Source: Trichoplax adhaerens (taxonomy: Eukaryota > Animalia > Placozoa). From it: 64,000 nt of DNA. Every line of letters begins with the position of its first letter. Position 1 is the stretch's first letter. A program made the position numbers and the translations under genes. A model generated the notes under the pieces. The model had not been told where the DNA came from. It saw nothing but the letters and a program-made list of their open reading frames with translations, and did not search any database. The DNA lies in contig NW_002060948.1 in the NCBI RefSeq assembly GCF_000150275.1, forward strand, positions 2,720,180 to 2,784,179, in the 5' to 3' direction. Of the stretch, positions 24,010 to 40,291 are shown piece after piece.

Positions 24010-26609
24010 AACTTCTATGAAATAGGAGTTATTAATACTATAATAAGTGGTGCATTGTCGGGCTAATGGAAGGATTTTGTCAAAAAAGCTTAATGTGCCA
24101 TATTTTACCCTATTTTTAATCGGATATCAGATATTTTATAATTTTCTTTTGGGTATTACATTTAGTTAGTCTGTTATACAGATATTGTAAATAAGGCAAA
24201 TGTACATGACAACAGGTATACATTATGTTTGCAGCATATGCAAACAGGATATTTACATATACATACTATCACTGCGCCAATCACGAAAGGACTATTGTAG
24301 AGCTTCCTATTGCATCGTAAGTAAATACTTGCACAATTTTGCATCAGTATGTAATCTACTTTCACCTTGGTACCTAGAATATCATGTTGACTTGTACATT
24401 TGCTATTTCATTTGAAATACTGCTATTACGTATCTGCTTGCAGCAAGATATATTATTTGTTAATACTAGTAGAGCTATATTCGTCATCATAGAACTTCAT
24501 AAATGCCTTTGACTTTCTTCGACGCTTCGGCCTGTCTTCTTGGATTGGAAATACCGAGTATGTAAAACCTGATATATACAGATTAAACTGTTACAACTGA
24601 GTATTACCATGCTAATATTTAATTATCGCAAAAACAACGCAAGAAGACCCTCCTTAATGTCATTCATGTTCTATTTCTGAAATTCTACTGCTAATTCTTA
24701 GATTTTTTGATGGTTGCAGTCAATAAATTGTATTCCTAGCTATAATTCGATATATCGTTTGATCTATATTGAAGTAAAACTTGAATAGTTCTATCCTTTG
24801 GATCTCAAATTGTTTCATCGTTTAAAGAGTGTAGCATACATTTTATGTTAAAAAACTTAATAATATCTAATTAAGGTCCTGTTTTACTTATATGTACGAT
24901 TATAATTATTTATTATGAAAGTGAAAGCATCATGGACTACAAGTTACACCGTACAAATACTGCTTCTTTTCTTTTTAATGATGCATCATAAACTTTAAGA
25001 ATATGGGTATAATGTGTCTGCAAATCATATTCGAATATTTGACCAATATCAATAAAATCTTGATTACCATTATAAACTGTTTAAAATTCGTATACGTCAT
25101 ATCCTTGTTTGTGATATTACGCATGCGATGCGTGTTCTAATCATTCTAGTAGACTATCGAGACTAATACCAGGTTTACAAGTGTAACGGCACTTATTTTT
25201 TGTATACGTATTTTTTAGGATAGCAGATATGATTCTCGATCAAATACTATTGTGTAATGTCTAATATTTGATTACATATATTAGTGAATGACCTTAATGA
25301 ATCATTCATATACTGTAGTATATGTATGAGAGATTTAAATGCAACAGTAATATTTAACTAGTAAATTCAATACTGACCTTGATTACTAATTAATTAAACG
25401 CGTAATTATTGGCCAAATCCTGTATGAAATATATTGTATAGCACTAATAAAATGATTTAACTTATCCACGCAAAAAGAGTTTCAACTGTTCTGCTATAAA
25501 ATAGCAAAATGTAATTTATAAGCTATAAATATCTAGATATAGCACTTTCTATAAAATAACATCATTATTGACACCGATGTGTCCCTTGACAGGAGCTGTA
25601 CCGTACTGTATTATATTTTGTAATGTTGAAGTGGATATGAAAGGTAGCAAATTTTGCTTATCCAGATTTAACAAATTTTCCATTCGCAATTACATTTAAA
25701 TGTAGGTTTTAATTAGATTATGAAGTTTCCGCATAACAATTGCGTAGATACAAAGCGCAACTACATTCCCAGGTAGACAGTTAACAATGTTTAAAACGTA
25801 ACAAATACATTACATTTATATTTTCAAATTACGAGTACAATTATAAATTTACAACGTATAAATTCTAGAAATAAAAAATTTTAATGTTAGTACTTTGCTA
25901 TGACTTGCTTATATCTCATTAGGTAGTGTATATCAAAGGTTAGTTAATATCTACTTGCTAAAGTTTACCGTTCAGTATTATCCATTGGGCGGTTAGTGGT
26001 TGATACTAAGAGTAGTTATACTGCATTTGCTAGAATACACTTTGTAGCCGGAGAATTTGTTATTCTAAATTAGATTAATTTGCTGGCTTAACTGGTGAAA
26101 GAAATTAATTTGCTCATTCTAGCTCCATAAATGCTATATTCATGTATTGAGAGGAGAAAAAGGTCAGATTTGTAAATTTTTTGTGATTTGTTATGTATTC
26201 ACATCACTAAAATCTTTTCCGTTTGATATTGAATAGTTAAGATACCTAATAAAAATGTAAAGATGACCATTGATCACCGATATCGGATACATAGAATATA
26301 AAAACACATCAAAGTTCTACATTATGTGAATGAAATCAGCACATTGAAGCGTGTATACAAATAAATAGCCAATAAATTTTCGCTTGGATTATATTAAGCA
26401 TATCTTACTGTTGGATAATTTTTACGGATTGATACTGTAATTTATATTGATAAAATCTGCCAATATACCAACAACGCGGTGTTATCACAAATATATAGAG
26501 ATGAAGTAAAATAATACTTGTCGGTCATAAGGCTATCAATTATATAGTTAACAAATTGTTTATGTTGATAATTTATTGCACAATTTGGTAATAATGGTGC
26601 ATCTGTCTA

Positions 26610-28914
<2,305 letters not shown>

Positions 28915-29929
28915 TATGAAAAAATTTGTAGTTTAATTCAAGATGTTATCAATGATAAGCGTGGTATAACTTATTATCAGTAAGGAGATGTTTGTAATTA
29001 CTGTACTGTACAATGGAGAATTCTAATTAGTTTATGTGGTATAATAGTAATGGCAGTTTAGAACTAATATTATGCAATGAAACTAATCGATTGGATACTT
29101 TCAATTAATTGATTGACTATTTGTACACTATAGTAGGATTATGCATAAGAGTCAAGTTGGGAGTAAAAAAGAATTACTGTGGTGTTTCTCGCCTAGTTTG
29201 TACAAGTACTGTACATGTGGCAGTTAACTTGCTAATTTTTTATTCCGCATCTGCGTATGTAAATAGTGTATATTTTCATTTCAAGTTATCGTGCTGACCA
29301 GTATTGCATGACTGCTGTGTGTATTTGTTTTATTGATGAATGTAAGGAGATTGCTAGCAATTTAGTTCAAGTGCAGTCAATAACAAGATGTTATTTTAAC
29401 TAGTGTTGTATGAATGAGTCGATCGATTTGTCAATAACTCTACATTGCAGATATTAAAATCAGCAGGGATGGCCAGGTAATTGTATCATAGTCATGCTTT
29501 GATTATTAGCCGAATGATTGATATTTTTACTACAGTAGGTGTCAACGATCATCCATGTTCACTTGGACATTTTGTACCTCTACAATCGAGATCGATAAAA
29601 TCAACTGGAGTTGATCAACTCCTTTGCCATACAGTAGTAGGGAGTGTCTTTGATATACTGTAGAAACAACTACAAATTGTCAAGATAAACTTACTGGAAT
29701 AGAATAGATCTTTAAGAGAAGGCTCTGAAAATTCGTTTGACACTTTCAAATGATGATTAATTTTAGTAAACTTCCTTGTGATTATTTTCTTCCTCCAATT
29801 CGATGCAATAGCTCAATTTACTTCTGGATCTTGACGTCGTTGTTGAAGATATGGTTGAAAAAATTTTTTAAATTTAATTGATTGTTTTTCCTTTTAAAAT
29901 ATAAAGTAAACTGTAACCGTCCGTACTTA

Positions 29930-30775
29930 CTGTATAATACCAGTGCGTAGACTACAATACAATACAGTACAGTACTGTACAAGTGTACATGTATGAGACA
30001 CTTTGTACAGATTGTCTTTTACCGTACTTTGTACTGTGTGAGGGTGATTCCATTACAGTACACTGTACAGTACTGTACACCCAGTCCCTCACGTGTCCAG
30101 TCTGTACAGTGTACAGTACCTTATTAGGAATGGACTGTACGCTGTACTGTGTCCTTGACCTGATGCGGAATACAGTATACTGCACAGTATGAGACACTTG
30201 GTACAGACTGTACAGTACTGTAAAATTGTTACAGTACATTAACAGTAAACAGTATCTTATTCGGAATGTACTGTACTGACCAGTATGAGACACTTGGTAC
30301 AGATTGTACAATTTTACAGTACTGTACAGTATATAGTACAGTACTGTAAAATTGTACATTAACAGTAAACAGTATGTTATTCGGAATGTACAGTACTGTA
30401 CTGTACTGACCAGTATGAGACACTTGGTGCAGATTGAACTGTAAAATTGTTACAGTACAGTACATTAACAGTAAATAGTACAGTATGTTATTCGGAATGT
30501 ACTGTACTGAACGTACAGTATGAGACACTTGGTACAGATTGTACAGTACTGTAAAATTGTTACAGTACATTAACTGCAAACGGTATCTTATGCGGAATGT
30601 GTACTGAACAATATGAGACACTTGGTACAGATTGAACTGTAAAATAGTTACAGTACTGTACAGTGTACAGTACATTAACAGTAAATACTGTAGTATCTTA
30701 TGCGGAATGTACTGTACAGTACTGTACTGAATAGTATGAGACACTTGGTACTGATTGTACTGTAAAATTGTTGCT
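29930..30775. repeat. Tandem repeat of 93-130 bp units (6 copies plus 1 partial) interlaced with GTAC pentamers
   Basis: The anchor tatgagacacttggt occurs at ~30188, 30284, 30414, 30519, 30612 and 30735, with a partial copy at 29992. Confidence 0.95.
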
Positions 30776-31640
30776 GCTGGCGACATGACATGACATAGGT
30801 TAACCAGGGACTACTTAATACTGTCTATGTCCATGCTGACTTTTTGTGCCGCTCGTTTTACTATACCACAAGACTGCAACCATGCACCATATTCTACCCA
30901 ACCAACTTTGCAAATCAACGCCATAAAATGGCCCAAAATGATCATAAATAGTAAGTACTGGTTCATCATCAACAATGGTATACTGTACAGTGTACAGTAC
31001 CTACACCGAGTCTACACTGTGACTCAGACAATCATGCTGGTTAGTAAAACCCAAAACCCACCTACTAGACCATGGTGGTCCGTGGGTGGGGTGTCCTATA
31101 ATCATAGGATAATGTACGTGATTGGTCAATATGTGTTGTCTTGAAATGATCACAGACTTTGGAATTTGGAATTCTCAAGTCAGTCATTGCAACATGTGTT
31201 TGCAACGTTGCAAGCAATTGTCCTTGTTTTCCCTCCAAGCTTGTACTGTATGGCTGTAGACCTCATATTGCAATAATAATACTAAAAATAGAAAAAGTAA
31301 TAACAATTCAATCTCATAAATCAATAGTCCTCCTTTGATCGCAGAATAATCACCAGCAATGAGCCAAATAATATTACTGATCGCATTGTATTCAGCCTTG
31401 AGGAATACTGTACAGTAGAGAAGAGTTAGTGTTCAAATTGGACATGAGCTGCGTTATGTTGTGCTTTCGATGTCAGTGACATGTTCTACTTAGAACTACT
31501 GTATGCTTCATTATTATATTGATCTTCAAACTCAGTTAAATCAAGCCGAGCAGAAATAGCGGCCTATCGATCATGATCATGGATTATTGTCGATATCACC
31601 TACTGTCCTGTAATAATATACGGGTACATTTTATTTTATG

Positions 31641-31880
31641 TTGGGTTTAAAGGCCAGTTCAATCAAGCTATTAGGCCGAAGAGATATTTACATTCTGTAG
31701 TCTACGGTACAGCTATACGGGTATTTTATAGTTTAGAGTGGGCTTCGAGCCCAGTTCATCAAACAATTTAGGCACAACATCCATGTCCCGTTACTGCCCT
31801 GTAAGAATGTACGGCTATATGAGCAATTGATAGTTTATATTGGGCTTAAAGACCAGTTCAGTGAAGCAATTTAGGCCGAA
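31641..31880. repeat. Degenerate ~100-bp tandem repeat, 3 copies
   Basis: tggg(c/t)tt...ccagttca...caatttaggc occurs at ~31641, ~31738 and ~31840. Confidence 0.75.
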
Positions 31881-32379
31881 CCTACTGTACAGCGTACAGT
31901 AAGGCCAATCTGATATTATGTTGAATACAGTAGCAGCAGTGTCTGTCAAGATGGGAAAGATACTGGTAGTGCACAACGATATAATTAATTAATTAATATT
32001 GTAAATGCTTTTTTACGATGCTCCTTTTTGGTCTGGCTGTAAAACACCGATACTACAGTACTGTGTAACTACCATAGGCTGTAGTTAGTAGACACATGAG
32101 CTACTGGAAAGAGAGAAGGACTGTCAGCGATTTTCATTGAAAGACGGGAACTGTCTGTCAAGCTACAGTACTTGGCAACTAGACTATCCCAGGCGATCTC
32201 AGTGTACATACTTGTAACAGCGACTGATAGTTTGTCTTCGAAAGTTGAAAGAAATGGAATTATTCTATACTGGGATAAAAAGTAAGTAATCAAAATATCA
32301 AGAGCCAATTACTCAAGGCTGTACTGATCTGTCTGCATGGAAAACCATTTTCGAGGGCTCGCCACGCCCCTCTAATGAT

Positions 32380-33260
32380 GGTCTACAGTACTGTACAGTA
32401 CAGTACTGTACTGTAGAGTAAATCCTACTGTACTGTAGTTGTTGTGGACACTTAGGCAAGGGCGCACATAATGTTGTAAAGGAGGTTGAAATAGGCTTGT
32501 GTACTGTACTGTACAGTACAGTACAGTACAGTACAAAGCACACTTAGTACAGCTTTGGCTATAGCACAAACTGGAGGGTGACATCATTTTTTCTACAGAT
32601 TGTACTGTACTGTACAGTGTACAGTACATGCCACACGTGGGTCTCCTGAAGGCTCACTGAGACGGTACTACAGTATAACCTACTGTACAGTGTACTGTAC
32701 AGTACATACAGTACAGTACTGTACACTAGTCCATTTACAGTGTCGTCATGTACAGTACTGTACCATACTGTACTAGTGTACTGTACTGTACACTCAATGA
32801 TGGACTACTAAAATGTACTACAGTATTTTAGTACTTACACTGCACGTGTAGTCAATGTGCAAAACAGTTGTCACAGATCTCCAAACAAAGCACACTCAGC
32901 ACAGCTTTGACTACAGTACAAACTGGAGGGTGACATCATTTTTTCCACAGATTGTACTGTACCGTACTGTTCTGTACAGTACAGTACAGTATACAGTACA
33001 GTAAGTCAGCACATGCCACACGTGGGACAGAGGCGGTACAGTACTGTAACCTACTGTACAGTGTACAGTAGTCCATTTACAGTACTGTACTGTACAAACT
33101 GGTGGGTGACATCATTTTTTCTACAGTGTACAGTAGTCCATTTACAGTGTCGTAATACAGTATATTGTATTGTACACTCAGTGATGGACTACTGAAATGT
33201 ACTGTACAGTACTAAAGTATTTTAGGATTGTGTGCACTGTACGTGTAGTCGATGTGCAAA
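32380..33260. repeat. GTAC-rich tract with ~350-bp direct duplication upstream of mitofusin
   Basis: aaagcacact..cagcttt..caaactggagggtgacatcattttt..catgccacacgtggg..gtccatttacagtgtcgt..tgatggactac occurs at ~32536 and ~32888. Confidence 0.88.
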
Positions 33261-33608
33261 ATAATTGTCACTAATCTCGACATAGAAATAGAAACTTTTA
33301 TTTTGTACCAGTCTACGACACTAAGTCAGTTACTACCGATGGGTACAATATTGAAAAAAAATCAATGCTGTAGTCTTCAGCTTTGCACCGTAACCACAGT
33401 ATCTACTTTTCTCTATCGTGCAAACTGCTCCTGATGGCCACTAGCGAAAGCATACTGTACTCAGTGTACTGTCCACTACAGTACTGTACAGTATGACAGA
33501 GTGCACAATACAATACACTGTAGCGAAGGCAGCGTGGAAATTCAAAAAGTGCCCTGAAACCGCTTGCTACCGGAACCGATTGGAAGATAGATTGAGAAAA
33601 ATTGCGTT

Positions 33609-36600
33609 ATGGCTGATCTAACCCATACTAGCGAAGGAGATCATGGCTCCACTGGTGGCACTTATCGTTCTTATACGCCAACAGCCAAACGCCATCGACC
33701 TCAAATGAATCGTTCTCTTTCTGTAACCAATATAAAAGATCAACATAATATCATGAGTAAGAGCGATGCATTTAATAATTTACCACCATTACAACGCTTC
33801 GGCATGGCAAGGAAAGAAGTTAATCAAATCTATCGGAATATTGCTAAATTTGTCAATGATGGTTCTGCATTCTTACAAGAATTTGACCAACACAGCAAAA
33901 ATTTTAACATTAGTGTAGAAGAAATCATGCTTCAGTTGAAGAGTTTTGCTAATCAGGTGGCTGGTATACAGGAAATGTTAACTCGTGATCAAATGAAGGT
34001 ACTCGACATTTCTACTTCGTAATCATCATATGAGTTAATTCACCACCTTGCACATTGTACAATTGGGATATAGACAAGTCCACTTTTTGAGTAATTGATA
34101 CCCAGGATGATATACTAGGACTACGATATGTTATGATGTATGGGGAGCACAACAACAATAGGATTGTATGCAGAACTGCGGCACAGTAGTGACAACGCAT
34201 AGAAATTAGAAATAGCATACTATAGATCCAATAGACTAGTATCTATGACAGTGTCATAATGAAGGAATGCCTATGATTGAAGCCGCACAGCCGTTTCCTT
34301 AAATTCTTCCATGCTGCAAAAGATGTGATGCATCCCATTCCTTCTTGATACAAGTTCAAAATTGTTATTCTACTGACTTGCTAAAACTCTCACTTATTCA
34401 TTCACGATCCTCATTACACCTACAGTTAATATAACAACAAGTATCTGATTACTCTTTTCAAGACTGCTCAGCTAGCTGCTATTTTCAACTGTAACTAGTC
34501 GATTTTTCTGGAGTTATAGAGGAGACATTGCATCATTGATCAACTCGCTTACATGCCAACAATTTACATGAAGTCTTTCAATTCTGTAATCTTAGACACT
34601 GCTATTTTTTAAATATGTTCTCTACGCTTAGCAATATCTACAGTATAACGGTTACCGACTTGCTGTGAGGCATTAATTAGATGCAATTCGAGACGGTAAC
34701 TTCATATCAATTCAGTGGTAAGATACAGTGGAAAGTACCTGCTGCTATATAATTATGCAGAAGAATAGAGCTACTCCTCATCCAATATGACGCAACATAG
34801 CATAGTATACAAATAGATAATATGAGCTTTGCCACATGACTATGTAGTAGACGATGTTGCCTTGATTTCTCTACTTCAGATCAAACGATGTGTTATACAA
34901 TTAAGATATTGTACATAGTTAGCATTGCAATGCAATATCTGCCATACAAAACGCGCAATATTGTTTGGATGAAGGCATACAAGTATCAAATAGAGATACT
35001 GTATCGCTTGCTTGTGCCTGTACTATGCGCATGTTATACGTTATATCAGGAATAAAGTGATGCTAAATTAACCTACATAATAAAGTCGTTTGTTATTGCA
35101 ATGTAGGCTATCTACAAGAAGTGTTTATTTTATTTCTTGCCTACTTAAAACAACCTGTTTTAGTCTTGTGATTTACAGTTACTTTAACTTGCAATGTATA
35201 TAGCATGCTGTCGTTGACTAACAACAACATAGCTCACTTTTATTGCTTGCTTTGATTCAAGGTATGCTTTTTTGGTCGTACCAGTAACGGAAAAAGTACT
35301 GTTGTCAATGCTATGTTAGAGGACAAGATATTACCAACTGGAATGGGCCATACTTCGAATTGTTTTTGTAGTGTGTCTGGTTGCGATGGCGATGAGTCTT
35401 ACATGTTAACACCAAATGATGAAAAGTTAGCCGTTACGGTGCGCTAACTCTAATTAAGAATTGACCATTCATGCATCTTGTTCTCTAGATCACATCTTTT
35501 AGCATCGGTATTCTACATATGTACAGTGTTAATGGCAATGTCTGACTACTGGATCATAATGTTCTTTCTAGAGTGTAAAACAATTGGCTAGCGCGCTATC
35601 ACAAGAAAAGCTAGAATCAAACGCTTTAGTAAGAGTTTATTGGCCTAAAAATAGGTATTTTATTTTCTTTCCTAGCTTACTCGATTGATTTCGGTAACGG
35701 TGTTGATGATATAGTCGATTTTAATGATAGTCTGTTGTTATAACTAGAGTTGAGTTGCTTCGGGACGATGTTGTTTTGGTCGACAGGTATAAACGTTAGC
35801 AAAAATGCATTCGATCGTGATTTTCAACCTATCTGTGTATCGTTAGTAAATATGATTATTTTTTGTATGACATCATTTCTTCTATACGATCCAGTAAGAT
35901 AACTGTATCTAAACATGATTTATAGATTATTCTATTTCCTAGCTGTCTTTGTAGCGATGATTTTCTCCTTTTAATTTACAGTCCTGGGATTGATGTTACA
36001 CCTGATCTCGATTCGTGGATTAATCAGCATTGTCTAGATGCTGATGTTTTTGTGCTTGTCGCCAATGCTGAATCAACTTTAATGATAACGGAAAAAAATT
36101 TCTTTCACAAAGTTAGTGAAAGGTTATCAAAGCCTAACATCTTTATCCTTAATAACCGTTGGGACGCATCTGCAAACGAACCAGACATTGTAGAAGAGGT
36201 ATTATATACAATCCGCATTAATATAACTTATTTATTATTATAGGTATTGTTCTACCCAAATCATGATATTCAAATTTTGTAGGAAATCTAATGGCTGTGA
36301 CATAATTTTCATTCCAGGTTAAAAAGCAGCATCTTGAGCGTACGATTGACTTCCTAGCTAATGAATTGCAAGTTGCTAATAAACGGGTTGCCCTTGACAG
36401 GGTTTTCTTTGTATCAGCGAAAGAGGTATTCAATTATACTGGCTCGTTCTCGTACACATTAATCTGTTGGAATAAGTATCCATGTGCCTTATATTGCGTA
36501 CATGGGATTCATATTACTATTTGCAAGTAACAGTTATTAATTTTTGATCTATAATATTTTAGACTCTAACTGCTAGACAGAAAAGACAGAGAGGAGACCC

Positions 36601-39259
36601 AATAGACGGTTTGTTACTTTCTTAAAAGTTCACATTCAACTAGTGTTAAGATAGCTATTGTCTAAAAATAATTCTATCATGAAAGGGGTTGGATTTAGCG
36701 AAGGTTATCAAGCGCGCTTACTTGAATTTGAGAGCTTCGAAAAGAAGTTTAAGGTATTTTTGAAAGACATAACCTGCTGGTTTAACTGAGTGAAAACTTT
36801 TGTCTATTATTAATTATTTCTAGGAATGTATATCTGAGTCAGCAATCAAGACTAAGTTTGAACAACACGCTAAGCAAGGGTTAAAAATTATCGATTGTAT
36901 GAAAGATGCCCTCCAACAATTGGAGAATAATATTATAAGCAAAATGTAATTAAGGAACGATGCTTTACCTAATAACATTAATGATGATCGTAATTTGCGC
37001 TTATTTGGATTAAATGCTGTATTTACAACATCAATGAGTTCTTAAACCATTTGTGTGTTATATTTACGTTACAGTGTACAATTACGCGATGAACGGAGTA
37101 CCTGCCTAAAAAATTTAGCTTATGTAAAGAATCGTCTTCGTGATGAAGCGTCACACTTTGATGCCCGGTTGAAACAATTAACTAGCAGTGTTGAGAAAAA
37201 AGTTTGTAGATAAAAGTTATCATTTAAGGATAGAGTTTCACTAAATTGTATTTGTGATGTATACAGTAATATTCATCATCATTTACTATATGTTTGAAGG
37301 TAGCGAAGGCAATGACCCGAGAGATCAACCACTTAGCTTATTTAGTGGATGACTTTAATCGTCCGTTTCATTCACATGATCTTGTCATTCAGACATATAA
37401 AAAGGTAACTCTGACACGATAATAATTAAACTCTAGTGTGACTATAAGTGTTCGTTTTGCGCATCGTTAATGATATAATAAATATTAAGAATGTTCGATA
37501 AACTTTTGGGGTTATCTGTTATAGGAACTACTCGATTATATAGATGAAGGGTTGGGTAGAAATCTTATGGTTCGCTGCTCGGAAACTGTTAATGATGGCT
37601 GGAATAAAACACGAAATGATATTATAAGTAGGTTAACTTTCCTATTTTTCAGTGATGGTGGCTATACTTTCTAATCCTTCTACATTCGTAATCTTATGGG
37701 TTAATATCAACTGTTTTATAAAAATCACGTATCTTCTTAAACGGATACTTTAAAATCTAGAACGAATACGAGAAATTCTACCTGCAGATTATCATAAAGC
37801 CCTTGCTCTTGACGATACCTTGTAAAAATTACTTAATAATTTTCTTAGTGTTATAACCATCGGTTTTGTATAAATATATATTATTGAATTCGATCTCTGA
37901 TGACTTCTAGGCCTGAAGTTCCTATCAGTTACAATTTAGATTGTCATAACTTGTGCGGTGGGTTCCAAGAAGATATAAAATTTAGATTCACTTGGGGCTG
38001 GCGACCGTTGCTTCGTAGTGCTCTAGTCTTATGTGGCAATACACGTTTTGTGCGAGTTCTGGATGAAAACGAGGTTATATCGACTGTAAAATAGCAATCA
38101 TTATATATCTAAAATAAGGTTTCTCCGCACTGTCAAGATCTATACGATTTCCATCATATAGATCTTACATCATGGAGAAATAGAAATATTTTCGATAGGT
38201 CTAGCTGTATTGCAGTACTAATAACACATACTGACAATACAAACTCCTTATTGAACATTCTTATTACAGTATATTAATAAAATACAGTTCCTATCGTTTA
38301 TAAGAGTTGTAACACTGCTAGTACAATTTCTATCTTAGGAATTCTCTCAGCGTGCAAATCAGGATACTACAGTAGTTGGGTCACCTGAGTTGCCCATCAG
38401 CCTAGCTACTGGTATTGCAATGGCTTCATCGTATAGTTCTTTAGGAATTGTTATCACTGCTGGTGCGGTAAGACACTTTTTTGAAGATTTTGAGTTGGAT
38501 TATAGCATATATATACGTATATAAACTACATGAGAAGATATTCGTTCGTGATAGTATATTTAAATTGATACAAACTTTGTTTTTGGATTAGATTTTTAGA
38601 ATGGTTGGTTGGAGATTATTTACTGTTGGGATTGCCGTATATGGCGGATTATATGGCTTTGAGCGTTTAACTTGGACTCGTGGAGCTCAAGAGCGCACCT
38701 ATAAGAAGCAGGTAAAACTTTAAATCGGATATAACTTTGTAACTAAAAGCAAATGCACTAATTCTTTTGTTATATACAGTTTGTTAATTATGCTACGCAG
38801 AAATTGAAAATGATGATATCGATTACAAGTCGAAATTGTAGCAATCAAATTCAAAAGTACGATTAATTATTTATATTAGTGCTTCGTGCCTACTAACATA
38901 TAGTTAGTGAAACTAACATTCTATTGAATTTCTTAAATGCTTAATAAATGAAGTGAACTTAATGGAACATACCATCGGCTAATAAACGCAGTCACTGAAT
39001 ATAAAACTACATTGGAAGAACAGAGTAAAGAGCTCAATTTACGGGTATCAAAATTGGAAGAAATTGAAAATACATTTAAAGTTTTAAGGTAATATTATGA
39101 ATTATATAATTAGCAGCTACAATCAGTAACCTTATAGGTCTCAAATGAAATTTAAACTGATACGCTATTATGGTATTTTCGTATAGCAATCGTTCTATTT
39201 GGCTTCAAAATGAATTATTGGCTTTTATAGATACTTATTTACCTCACGATTCTGATTAA
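33609..39259 (+). CDS. MFN: Mitofusin (Fzo/Marf dynamin-like GTPase), multi-exon
   Basis: [16 protein letters not shown]; RDQMK|[19 protein letters not shown] (P-loop, exon from 35262); LVDS|PGID; [18 protein letters not shown]; [17 protein letters not shown]; [14 protein letters not shown]; [17 protein letters not shown]; transmembrane region VGWRL...[10 protein letters not shown]; C-terminal heptad repeat; stop TAA at 39257-39259. Confidence 0.97.
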
Positions 39260-40209
39260 TGTTGATAGAGAATCCATAGTTCCATACATTTCTTTATCAA
39301 CTGCAATTGAAGGATATGTAAAATAATATTTGTTACTGTATGTAATCTAAAATTGCAAATCTTTGCAAGATTTTTGACAAAAATTACTAGTTGATAAACT
39401 AAAAAATTTGAAAGCAGAAACTCGTATACGTAGTCTTTACATATCATCATCATTCGAAATCTGATAAATGATTACTTGTTGTAAATGACTAGTCAGTCAT
39501 GCTTGTTACTTCGACATGTACGGTTTGTTTGTATTAAAGTAAAACGAGTACTTCTATAATTAACAAGTTTAACATAAATACTGATACGATAAGATGCCGA
39601 AACATAAATTTAAACACATTAGACGATACTTTCAATTATTTATTACTCGGTTTGATATACAAAAGACCGGTAAATACCGGCAAAGTTAACGCATTAACTT
39701 TAATGCCTGAAATTTTATGTACTTATAATTAAATTGTATACGACCAAATCAGCTAGGTGTACTCTTTCTTATTCAATTATAATTATTAAGTGCGTTATAA
39801 TCTAAGTTGAATTAGCCAAGCATCTAGGTATTTGCTATCTTGTATCCGGAAATAAGTACGTATTTAAGCTAAAATTCTTGTGGTATATGCGCTTATGTGT
39901 CCAGTAAGAAAATGGACTATAAAAATAGAATTCAGGTTATGTCGAGAATTTTTGTCATCCTAATCAAATGGCAAGAATACTATAATATTTTTTAACTACA
40001 CCTACAATATTCAGTGAATAAAGTTCCTATAAGTTACATGAGTTAAGCGGTCCTAATGATTTATGATGTATCTAAGGATGGCTTAGTTTAAATAAGGCGA
40101 GTATTACGTGAGAAGAGATTCGTGAATTTGGGTTAAATCAATATACGGTTGTGCGTTGCATTACTGCGTAAACTGAAGAATACGAGTGTATAGAGACTTG
40201 TATACACTG

Positions 40210-40233
40210 TATATATATATATATATATATATA
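40210..40233. repeat. (TA)n microsatellite in the probable PEX5 3' UTR
   Basis: About 12 TA units, roughly 60 nt downstream of the PEX5 stop. Confidence 0.9.
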
Positions 40234-40291
40234 AAATAAAAGGACGTTGACAAGGTTCGCATGGATATCAGTCCACATGATTGTTAGGCTC

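Noticed and set aside
24455-24570. Exon-like minus-strand stretch (FTYSVFPIQEDRPKRRRKSKAFMKFYDDEY) after a cag acceptor
   Set aside because: No compatible upstream exon or recognisable homology was found.
30180-30775. CRISPR-like appearance of regularly spaced conserved blocks
   Set aside because: The intervening sequences are homologous to each other rather than unique spacers, there are no cas genes, and the context is a spliced eukaryotic genome.
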